Source: a virus. From it: a DNA stretch of 60,788 nt. The notes under the pieces were generated by a model. That model saw nothing but the letters and a program-made list of their open reading frames with translations. It searched no databases and was not told where the DNA came from. Position numbers and translations under genes: made by a program. The DNA lies in the IMG/VR virus record IMGVR_UViG_3300028610_001111; one strand, written 5' to 3'. Positions 51,993 to 60,400 of the stretch are shown here, piece after piece; the stretch's first letter is position 1, and each line of letters begins with the position of its first letter.

Positions 51993-52261
51993 TGACAACA
52001 GAAGACAGGAGAGAAAGCGCAGTTAAAAAGAAACGCGGAACATGTGCCATTCTTATGAAATGTGCAGATCAGAAAATTGTAATTGATGACGTAGAATACG
52101 ATGAAGTGTATGTAAGGATTGCTTCAGAAAACGAAGCAATAAGAACATCAAAAGATGTCAAAGAATACATGAATGAAAACGATATGTTAGGAACTGTATA
52201 TGCAGCACGCCTTAACGTACCGATCACAAGGGTAGTTCAAAAAATAGCAAAATTCAGTTAA
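51992..52261 (+). CDS. hypothetical protein (89 aa)
   Basis: Track ORF; TAATG overlap. Confidence 0.55.
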   Translation: MTTEDRRESAVKKKRGTCAILMKCADQKIVIDDVEYDEVYVRIASENEAIRTSKDVKEYMNENDMLGTVYAARLNVPITRVVQKIAKFS

Positions 52262-52268
52262 TATGATT

Positions 52269-52354
52269 ACGGTTGTAGTGTAGCCAGGCAGCACGCAGGA
52301 GCTAGCTAATAAAATGTAACCTGAAGGCCGGTTCAAATCCGGGCAACCGTACCA
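52269..52354 (+). tRNA. tRNA-like gene with encoded CCA but an over-long anticodon region (non-canonical or degenerate)
   Basis: Hand fold:
- Acceptor ACGGTTG / CAACCGT, discriminator A, then CCA.
- D arm GTGT-AGCCAGGCA-GCAC.
- T arm (G)CCGG-TTCAAAT-CCGG(G).
- Between them, CAGG...CCTG encloses 20 nt (AGCTAGCTAATAAAATGTAA) instead of a 7-nt loop. Confidence 0.5.
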
Positions 52355-52368
52355 AAACAGGAGTTGTA

Positions 52369-53634
52369 ATGTCAGAATTAATGGAAGACAAAGTAAACAC
52401 AAAAATAATATCCTTAGAAGCCTCTAATATCAAAAGGATAAAGGCTATCAGGATTGAGCCCGATGGCAATATGATTGTTATAGGCGGCGACAACGGAGCT
52501 GGTAAATCAAGTATTCTCGATAGCATTGAATACGCTTTAAACGGAGGAAAGAGTATACCTTCTAAGCCTTTAAGGAACGGAGAGGATGAGGGTTACGTAG
52601 TCATAGAAACAGAAAGCTTGGTTATCAGCAGAAAGTTTACACCGGCAGGCAGTAAGCTTGTTGTAACAGATAAAGAGAATGGCATGATACTGTCATCTCC
52701 TCAGGGCATACTCGACAGACTAACAGGGGAACTGACTTTCGATCCTCTTAGGTTTTCGAATATGAGTGATACAAATCAAAATGCTACATTGACTAAGCTT
52801 GTGGGCATTGATTTCACTAAAATGAATGCAGACCAGAAGAGCAAGAAAGAAAACAGGAAATTCATAAAGAAAGAAGTGGATTCCATAAACGCAAGGCTTT
52901 CAGGGATGGAACATTTTGACGGCATTCCAAAAGATCCTGTCAACGTCTCTGAATTGATGGAATCTCTGAGCAGCAATAACGATGCAATATCTGAGCACAG
53001 ATCAAATCTTGATGAATGTGAAGCACTTGCTGAATCATACACATCGACAATGGATGAAATATCAGAGTTTGAAGAAAGGATTCTTACACTTCGCAAGCAG
53101 TCTGAAGAGATGATGAGTGAAGGAGCGAAAATAAAGGCAATCAACGATGCCTTTGTAATGCCTGATAATTCAGAGATAGAAAATCAAATTAATAACGCTC
53201 ATGAAACCAACACCAAGATACAACAGAATAACGAAATCTCAAGGCTAATGACTGAGATGGACGAAAAAACAAAAGAACATTCTGTTATCGACGCTGAAAT
53301 CAAAAACATTGACAAAGAGAAGGCCATGATAATTCACGATGCACCTATGCCTGTAGACGGCCTGGGGCTTAGTGATGATGGCGTTGTATTCAACAACATT
53401 CCTTTTGATCAATGCTCAAGTGCTGAACAACTCAGGATAAGCATAGCTATGGGTGTGGCTTTGAATCCTCAGTTGAAGATCCTGCTTATAAGGGATGGAT
53501 CGCTACTTGATAATCAAAGCCTCCGCATGGTAGCTCAAATGGCTAACGAGAGCGGTATGCAAGTATGGATGGAACGCGTTTCTACTGGATCAGAAACAAG
53601 CGTAGTAATAGAAGACGGAGAAATTAAGAGCTAA
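52369..53634 (+). CDS. SMC/RecF/SbcC-like AAA ATPase
   Basis: Walker A GGDNGAGKSSILDSIEYAL at the N-terminus, a long coiled-coil-like middle, a signature-like ...CSSAEQLRISIAM... and Walker B ...KILLIRDGSLLD. Confidence 0.7.
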   Translation: MSELMEDKVNTKIISLEASNIKRIKAIRIEPDGNMIVIGGDNGAGKSSILDSIEYALNGGKSIPSKPLRNGEDEGYVVIETESLVISRKFTPAGSKLVVTDKENGMILSSPQGILDRLTGELTFDPLRFSNMSDTNQNATLTKLVGIDFTKMNADQKSKKENRKFIKKEVDSINARLSGMEHFDGIPKDPVNVSELMESLSSNNDAISEHRSNLDECEALAESYTSTMDEISEFEERILTLRKQSEEMMSEGAKIKAINDAFVMPDNSEIENQINNAHETNTKIQQNNEISRLMTEMDEKTKEHSVIDAEIKNIDKEKAMIIHDAPMPVDGLGLSDDGVVFNNIPFDQCSSAEQLRISIAMGVALNPQLKILLIRDGSLLDNQSLRMVAQMANESGMQVWMERVSTGSETSVVIEDGEIKS

Positions 53635-53738
53635 CACAGCAAGCAACGGTGGACTTGTATTCAACTGAACGATAAGCGGCTAGCTAGCTCATCAAGAACT
53701 GTGAAAGCAGAGAGCATTGATCTACCCGTTAAAAAGCA

Positions 53739-53766
53739 GGGGAAGAGTGAGATAATATCAAAGGCT
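53739..53766 (+). promoter_or_regulatory. possible extended -10 promoter
   Basis: TTAAAA (53739-44), 16-nt spacer containing TGa, then GATAAT (53761-66). Confidence 0.3.
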
Positions 53767-53804
53767 ATACCTGCCCGTTGCTTTAATTTAAAAAAGGAAA
53801 GACG

Positions 53805-54323
53805 ATGAGAAATAGGAAAGTTATGTTGTTGGTGTTATGTGTGGTGATTGCTGTAGGTGCTGAGGCTGGTAGCTGGTTTGGCAGGAAGAAGGTTGTAAAG
53901 CTTGAACCTGCTGTGGGGTATATCGAAAAAGAAGAGGTTGTCGAGGCTTCATGGGATCAGTGCATGAGTAATTATGAGGCTGGGAGGGTTGAAGAGAGGG
54001 TGTTCTTTTCCGCTAGGGGAGGTTTTAGGTTCTATGCGACAAATGGTATGACAAATAGGATCTCCTATATCGGATGGCATGAGCACAAATGCCCGAAATG
54101 CACTAAGAAGCATATATCAGACTACCCCAAATCTAGTACCTGGATAACGGGCGAGCAGATGAAATTGACCACCGAGATTTATAAGGACGGCGAGGTTGTG
54201 ACTTCTTTTGTTGAGTATAAGTATCCTCACAAGAAGATTACGACGGTGGACACGGTTGGAATGGAGCGAAAGACGAATACTGTCGTTACGGTGGAAACTA
54301 CCAAGAAAGGAAGTGATAAATGA
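53805..54323 (+). CDS. signal-anchor/secreted protein (172 aa)
   Basis: N-terminus is MRNRKVMLLVLCVVIAVGAEAGS...; track ORF. Confidence 0.55.
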   Translation: MRNRKVMLLVLCVVIAVGAEAGSWFGRKKVVKLEPAVGYIEKEEVVEASWDQCMSNYEAGRVEERVFFSARGGFRFYATNGMTNRISYIGWHEHKCPKCTKKHISDYPKSSTWITGEQMKLTTEIYKDGEVVTSFVEYKYPHKKITTVDTVGMERKTNTVVTVETTKKGSDK

Positions 54324-54538
54324 AAAAGACATTAACAGCAATAACGCTAGCATTAACATCAATAATAGCAGCAGGATTAATACTTAGTTCTGGCTGTTCG
54401 TTGACTCTATCGCTTAATCTGCTTAACAACAGGTCAAGCCAGCCTATAAACGTAGGCGAAGGCGAAGCATGGGCCGATAACGCAACCACAGGGGGAGCTG
54501 ATATATCTCCTGATGTTGATATTCCAATGGTGCCGTAA
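54320..54538 (+). CDS. small lipoprotein-like protein (72 aa; o-spanin-like candidate)
   Basis: MKKTLTAITLALTSIIAAGLILSSGC|S has a lipobox-like LSSGC; ATGA overlap. Confidence 0.5.
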   Translation: MKKTLTAITLALTSIIAAGLILSSGCSLTLSLNLLNNRSSQPINVGEGEAWADNATTGGADISPDVDIPMVP

Positions 54539-54555
54539 ATAAGGAGAAAAAGATA

Positions 54556-54882
54556 ATGATGAAGCTAATAATTAATATTTTTTTACTTATAATTTTTATT
54601 TCTACAGCAGTGTTCATTATGCGAGAAGTAAAAATTAATAGTAATGACATTTCTCTTTTAGAAGAAACAAAACATACTCCATGTGAAATTTTAGTTACAT
54701 GTGAAGAATGCGGGTGTGCTATTCTTAGTCCTTACGCTGTAAAAGGTGAAAGTGTCATAGAGGAAGTAGAATTTCTTGCTTTTTACATTATCATTAGGAA
54801 AATAAGAGAAGAAAGAATAAGGGAAGTGTACTACTGTAAAGCTTGCGCTACAAAACCTAAAAAGAAACAGGAGAAGAAATAA
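54556..54882 (+). CDS. N-terminally membrane-anchored Cys4 protein (108 aa)
   Basis: MMKLIINIFLLIIFISTAVFIM..., then CEECGC...CKAC. Confidence 0.5.
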   Translation: MMKLIINIFLLIIFISTAVFIMREVKINSNDISLLEETKHTPCEILVTCEECGCAILSPYAVKGESVIEEVEFLAFYIIIRKIREERIREVYYCKACATKPKKKQEKK

Positions 54883-55673
54883 TGTCAAGATGGTACGATA
54901 GAGAAACACTAGAGTTGGTTCCGGAAGTCAAAAGTGCTGATGGAAAGAAGATGGTTAAGACAACGCTGGCCCACGCTCGTAAACAAGGCTTTCTGCCTAG
55001 CGTTACGACAATCATTGCTGATACAATGGCTAAAGGTGAACAGCTTTTAGACTGGATAGTAGATCAGAATTTGAAGGCTTGTATAGCTTTTCCCTTTGAC
55101 CGCAATCCTAACATTGATATTGATGTTTCTGAATACAAGAAGATGATAAGGGCTAAAGCTAATGAGTTCAGGGACTACACAGCCAATAGAGGCAATGAAC
55201 TTCATGATCATGTCCATACATGGGCTAAGTCAGGCAGGACAGTAAAACCTGATGATCCGGTTGGTCTGAAGATTATATCTTATTTCGAGAAGGAGTTTTC
55301 GAAGCATGATATAACTGAGCTTGCAACTGAAATGGCTGTAGGCGGCGTTCATATTGGTTACGTAGGAACTACTGATATATATCTTGAGACACCAGAATAC
55401 ATTATATTCTATGATCTAAAAACTACATCGTTCAAGGGTAAGTCTCAGAAGTTCAAGCCTTACGATAGCTGGATGACTCAGCTTGGTGGGTACTCAGGAA
55501 CACTGATCACCGACAAGCCTATAAGACTTATGCAGGCAATAGCTGACAGAGATCACGGAGATGTTATTTTCTTAGAGCATAAAAATATAGAAAACTGGCA
55601 AGAGCATTTCAGAAATCTATATAGAAACTGGTGCATTCAAAAGAACTTTTTCCCTATGGAGCTTGATGTATAA
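54882..55673 (+). CDS. PD-(D/E)XK exonuclease (Cas4/RecB-like)
   Basis: ...RGNELHDHVH... and ...GTTDIYLETPEYIIFYDLKTTS... (D...D-L-K core). Confidence 0.6.
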   Translation: MSRWYDRETLELVPEVKSADGKKMVKTTLAHARKQGFLPSVTTIIADTMAKGEQLLDWIVDQNLKACIAFPFDRNPNIDIDVSEYKKMIRAKANEFRDYTANRGNELHDHVHTWAKSGRTVKPDDPVGLKIISYFEKEFSKHDITELATEMAVGGVHIGYVGTTDIYLETPEYIIFYDLKTTSFKGKSQKFKPYDSWMTQLGGYSGTLITDKPIRLMQAIADRDHGDVIFLEHKNIENWQEHFRNLYRNWCIQKNFFPMELDV

Positions 55674-56114
55674 ATGTTTATAGGAGGCATAGCATTCGAA
55701 AGAGTAAGTTGCTTAGAAGAAAATAAGCATAAGAATTTCGGACGTATTTGGTACGATGAGGAAACGCATAACGCATCTATTTTGCTGCATGGTTTCCGAT
55801 TCGGCCAAAGTTTCTGCATTCCTTATAACAAGATTGTTGACCCGCCTTATCTTAAGGGCGACATAATGATAAGCACTGGAGAGTATTTAAAAGATGACTC
55901 ATTAATTAAAAATTATATGTGGTGTGGATGGATCTACACGGATAGCGATCAACGAGGATGTGTTTACCAGATCATATTCGAAGTAGATCCCACACCCATT
56001 TTAATAAATAAATCTATCAACAGAAAAAAGGACGGCATTGATATGAAGCTAGGTTGCTTTCTGGATATACAGCTCGAAGATAAAGACGAAAGGGCTAATA
56101 AGGTGAATGCATGA
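55674..56114 (+). CDS. hypothetical protein (146 aa)
   Basis: Track ORF directly abutting the upstream stop. Confidence 0.55.
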   Translation: MFIGGIAFERVSCLEENKHKNFGRIWYDEETHNASILLHGFRFGQSFCIPYNKIVDPPYLKGDIMISTGEYLKDDSLIKNYMWCGWIYTDSDQRGCVYQIIFEVDPTPILINKSINRKKDGIDMKLGCFLDIQLEDKDERANKVNA

Positions 56115-56341
56115 GGCATTGCGCTGAATGTATAGAAAGAGACAAGGAAATTGATGGACTTCATAAGGATATGAAGCATGAGCGTGAAATATTTAACAGA
56201 AAGTGCCAAATTGCTGAAGAGAGAATTTTTCAGCTCGAATATCAAAATAAAGCACTATTAGAATCAATCATAAAGAGCTTAGCTTTAGAAAGTAACGTTG
56301 TTATGACGGTAACTGTTGAGAAGAATCAGGAGGATAAATGA
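56111..56341 (+). CDS. hypothetical coiled-coil protein (76 aa)
   Basis: Track ORF; ATGA overlap. Confidence 0.55.
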   Translation: MRHCAECIERDKEIDGLHKDMKHEREIFNRKCQIAEERIFQLEYQNKALLESIIKSLALESNVVMTVTVEKNQEDK

Positions 56342-56586
56342 AAATAGAAAAAGGAAAAACTCTCAGAAAAAAAAGAGGAAGGACTGCTAAGTATCCGTTT
56401 GAAGCTCTTGAAGCAGGCGACAGCTTCACAGTGCCAGGTAAGACTTCAAGAGATTTGCACGGTACTATATCCTATTGGAATAAATTGCTTGCTCCTAAAA
56501 TGTTTGCTAGTGGTATTCACGATGCGAATGGCAAGCGAATAACTGATAAAGGCCGCTTGGCTGTTAGAGTCGTAAGGGTTTCATGA
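56338..56586 (+). CDS. hypothetical basic protein (82 aa)
   Basis: Track ORF; ATGA overlap. Confidence 0.55.
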   Translation: MKIEKGKTLRKKRGRTAKYPFEALEAGDSFTVPGKTSRDLHGTISYWNKLLAPKMFASGIHDANGKRITDKGRLAVRVVRVS

Positions 56587-57041
56587 GTAAGTATAAAGAA
56601 TACAATAAGCTTATAGTCACTGCTTATTATGTACAGCAAGGCTTGCCTGAACCAGTATACGAACATAAATTCCATGATACTAGAAGGTGGAAGTTTGACA
56701 TAGCATGGCCAAAACTAAAGATAGCCTTGGAGGTCGAGGGCGGTGTTTTTACAGGCGGTAGACATACTAGGGGCAAAGGCTTTGTAAAGGACATGGAGAA
56801 ATATAATTCAGCGGCTACTCTAGGGTGGGTTGTTGTTAGATGCATTCCTGATGAAGTTTGCATGCTGGACACTATTGAAATGGTTAAGAAAGTTATAACC
56901 ATTTACGGACAAGAGAAAAAGTGTCAACTCGATTTTGAATACTGGCTAAAACAAACCTGCTTCCAGCAGCCTACGCCAGAAGCTTATGATTTAGCTAAGT
57001 CTGCATGGGAAGCGGCAGATACATACCAAAAACTTAAATGA
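56583..57041 (+). CDS. Vsr/DUF559-like PD-(D/E)XK endonuclease
   Basis: ...WKFDIAWPKLKIALEVEGGVFTGGRHTRGKGF..DMEKYN.A..LGW.V.R (D...E-V-E-G...K pattern). Confidence 0.55.
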   Translation: MSKYKEYNKLIVTAYYVQQGLPEPVYEHKFHDTRRWKFDIAWPKLKIALEVEGGVFTGGRHTRGKGFVKDMEKYNSAATLGWVVVRCIPDEVCMLDTIEMVKKVITIYGQEKKCQLDFEYWLKQTCFQQPTPEAYDLAKSAWEAADTYQKLK

Positions 57042-57424
57042 ATAAGAACTCAAGACTTAAAAAAGAATTGTTTAGACTGTGGCAGGAATGCCAGGCTATA
57101 ATATGGAAGCATGGTTGCGGATGGTGTATGAAGCCAGGGCCTATAACAGGGCATCACATCATAATTAGGAATTACAAGCTAACTGCGTGGAAACTTCTAA
57201 ACGGAATAGGATTATGCGATGATTGTCATAGGAAAGTTCACGATGATGAGCATGCTGATAAAGAACTACTCGAACACATACGTAATAAATGGCCCCATAT
57301 TTTTAACTATCATGCTAAATTCTGGCCTCTCGCAAGAAGAAACACACATGTTTTTTTAAAGCATGAATTAATTGAAATACGATCAGAACTTAAGAGGTTT
57401 ATAGAAACTCACAATGATGCCTAG
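57038..57424 (+). CDS. HNH/NinG(Rap)-like zinc-finger nuclease candidate
   Basis: ...CGWC...GHHII...LCDDCHRKVHDDEH... Confidence 0.5.
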   Translation: MNKNSRLKKELFRLWQECQAIIWKHGCGWCMKPGPITGHHIIIRNYKLTAWKLLNGIGLCDDCHRKVHDDEHADKELLEHIRNKWPHIFNYHAKFWPLARRNTHVFLKHELIEIRSELKRFIETHNDA

Positions 57425-57462
57425 CTTATCACTCTGGTTTATCTTCATATTACTTGCGCTTA

Positions 57463-60400
57463 TTATTGCGTCACTGTTTTGAATTGATCAATAATACTGT
57501 CGTCCAGCGGGTCCCATCTCATTATCCAATGCTTTACTATGGAATCCATATCAATACCATTCTCTTCGAAATAGTCTTGATCCCAGTCCCTGTGTAACTG
57601 GATAATCTTATTAGGGAATCCCCCAAACTTCATAATATCAATTAAATCCCTGCTTACGGCTTTAGCTGCTTTAGGATCTGTTTTAGATAATGCATTGTAA
57701 GTGTCTGTCGCTGCATCGGAAATAGAGTTTATCAAATCGAAATACAGCGGAGATGATTCGTTTCTCCATGAATCGTACAGCAATTTAGTTGTTATCGCTG
57801 GTCCTATCACAGGCATCATAGCCAGGTTGTATACTATAAAGTCTTTTATGAACTCCTCGTAACTCTCAGGCAACCGGCCCTTTGCTATCAATCCTAATCC
57901 TATTGTAGGCATAATCATGCTCATTGCTACCTTGTGCCCAACATTAGTATTAAGCCCGTACCGCCTTAAAGTCTCTGTATTGGTAGAGAAAGCAACGCTT
58001 ATCAGCTCGTTTATGCCGCCATTCTTGAAGGCTTGCTGCAGTGGTAATGCCATTTGAGTCCTGAAATAGTCGAAATTCTTCATTAATTGACCTGTAAATG
58101 GTATCATAGCACGTTCAAACTCGTTGCCTGTCTGCATTAAATTGCGTTCACTGGTGTTGGCTGCGGGCTGAGATCTACTCGTAACTTCATCAGCAAACTT
58201 AAATGCATCCGCATCGGCCTCAGAATCGCCCATACCTTCAGCTTTGTTCTGCCTATACTTGAAGTCGTATGAAGCTCCCCACACCGATGTACGTGTGATC
58301 TGATCGACTGTGCGTTGAGGTAGTACAGCGGCCTCTTTGATAGGTAAACCCAGTACTCTCATGTTTATAATGCCTCCGTGAGCATTCATTATGTCCACTT
58401 CAGCAGGGTCATGCCTAGATTGCGTATGTACTGAATGGCCTTCTTTCATTTTTTCCCATACTGGATCTCCGGAAAGAACTTCTCCGTTTGTTTTGAAATT
58501 AGCATTATGAGTCATTGCATACTGGAATTTCTGCATCATATTAACACCAATCTTCAAACCATCAAAGAAAGGTAGTTCTGAAGCACCATTGAAACCAGAT
58601 ATAGCCTGTCTCATTATTGAAGGCACGTTACCAGCTAATACCGAAAGCTTAAACCTGCTGGTCACAAATTTAGTAGCTATCTCTGCATCGGTCATGTTAT
58701 GCATTCTTCCCGTTGCATATCGTTCACGCTCTACCATAGTCTTGAGAGTGTCATGTTCCTTCGTAAGACCTTTTTTCAGCATTGATTCTACTATGGGCTG
58801 TTCATTCAGAAGGTTTGCCAGGTAGTCTATGTTATCGGCCTTAGAAATATATGTTTGCGCCTGCATCATGTATGAATCGAATATAGCCATAACATTAAGA
58901 TTGATCTTTTGTCCGAGAGTACCTGCACTTCTAGACTTATGCCTGCTCTGGTCTCCAATTCTTCCTTCTATCTTGCTTGGACTTATCCCGAGCTGGTTTG
59001 CCAGGTAATCAGTATCTACGAACAACCCACCTTCTCTTATCATGGGAAAGTAAAACTTTATCTCTCCTACTGGTTCACCAGTAAGGTTTACTTTTACTTC
59101 GTTGATTCTAGGCAGAATCCATTTAAAATAATCATCAACCCTTTTTTGTATTAATTTAAGCTCTGGAGTGCTATTCATTAATTCGAATGCATCATTAACT
59201 ACTTTAGAAAACTGTTCTCTGCTTCCTTCCCCTATATCCCTATTGGACTGAAACAAAGCTTCTGACTCATGGTTAGCAAATAAACCGTCTTCATTCAATT
59301 CTGTACGTCCTCTAGTAATTAAAGCTATTCCTAGAGCATCATTCCATGTATAGTTTCTATCTCCTAATATTGCGTTGCGTCTGAGTACTTGGGGAATAGC
59401 TCCATCTTCTTCTGTTTTTTGTTCTAGCCACTCTCTATGGTTTTGTACTTCTTCCGAATGATCCCTCTGCATCTTGTACCATAAACCTCCGACTATCTTT
59501 GTGAGATTAGAATTCGGATCACCATCAACTATTTTAGCAAGCAAGGCTTCAAAACCAGTAACTCTAAGAACCATGCCTCTGAATAATCCGTTCTTAAATT
59601 TCTGAGCCCCTTCAATAACTCTATTAGCCGTATTGATGATACTTGATTGCACATCATGACCGCCTAATGCTCTTGATCTTGAATCTATATCGTTTGGCCT
59701 CAAATCTAAATCAGATGCAATCAGCTTTGCATTATCTTTTATAGCTTTCTTCCTAGTAATTTTATCATTTAAAAAGCTTTCAGGAGAATCTTTCTGTGCG
59801 CTATCCTTTATATCTAGCTGACGTTGAACATTACCTAAATCGCCTCTATCTGGTTCATGACCGAAAAGCCTTGTTGATATTGTGTTTATATCTGACTGGC
59901 CTCTAAGAAGAGGAAGCAATTTTTCTGTTGGTATTTCGTTCCTATTAGCTAAGTCTAATTGTTTTGCAAAGCCATCAAGATCTACAGGCTTTATTTTTCC
60001 TGTCTTATATAAAGCGTTCCTGAGTTTCTTCTGCCTTTCACCATCGTCAGGTATAGCATTGATCTGATCTATAATGTCCTGCTCAAGAAGTATGCTATTA
60101 AAGGATTGAGCCATTTCAGTTGCTTCTGCTATAGCTTCTCCTGTTTGAATAGAAGAGGTGTCAGTTATTGTATCACTAAACCAGACGTCAAATACTTTCT
60201 TAACATCATCAGTAAGTATATCTTCATGGTTCTTTACCGACTCAGACATTGAAGCTTTTATATATTCGAATGAATCAACTAGGGATCTGTTAGAATTTTC
60301 AGGCAGTAAACCAGTTTGAATATATTGGAAAAATGCTGTGACCATTCTTTCATGTGAGCTATCATCCCATTTTCCTTCTGTACCGTAATTCTTTAGAAGA

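Noticed and set aside
52269-52354. tRNA-like sequence as an attP core (a 3' tRNA fragment used for integration)
   Set aside because: Both halves of the acceptor stem are present, so it is not just a 3' fragment. No integrase or excisionase is recognisable in the complete genome.
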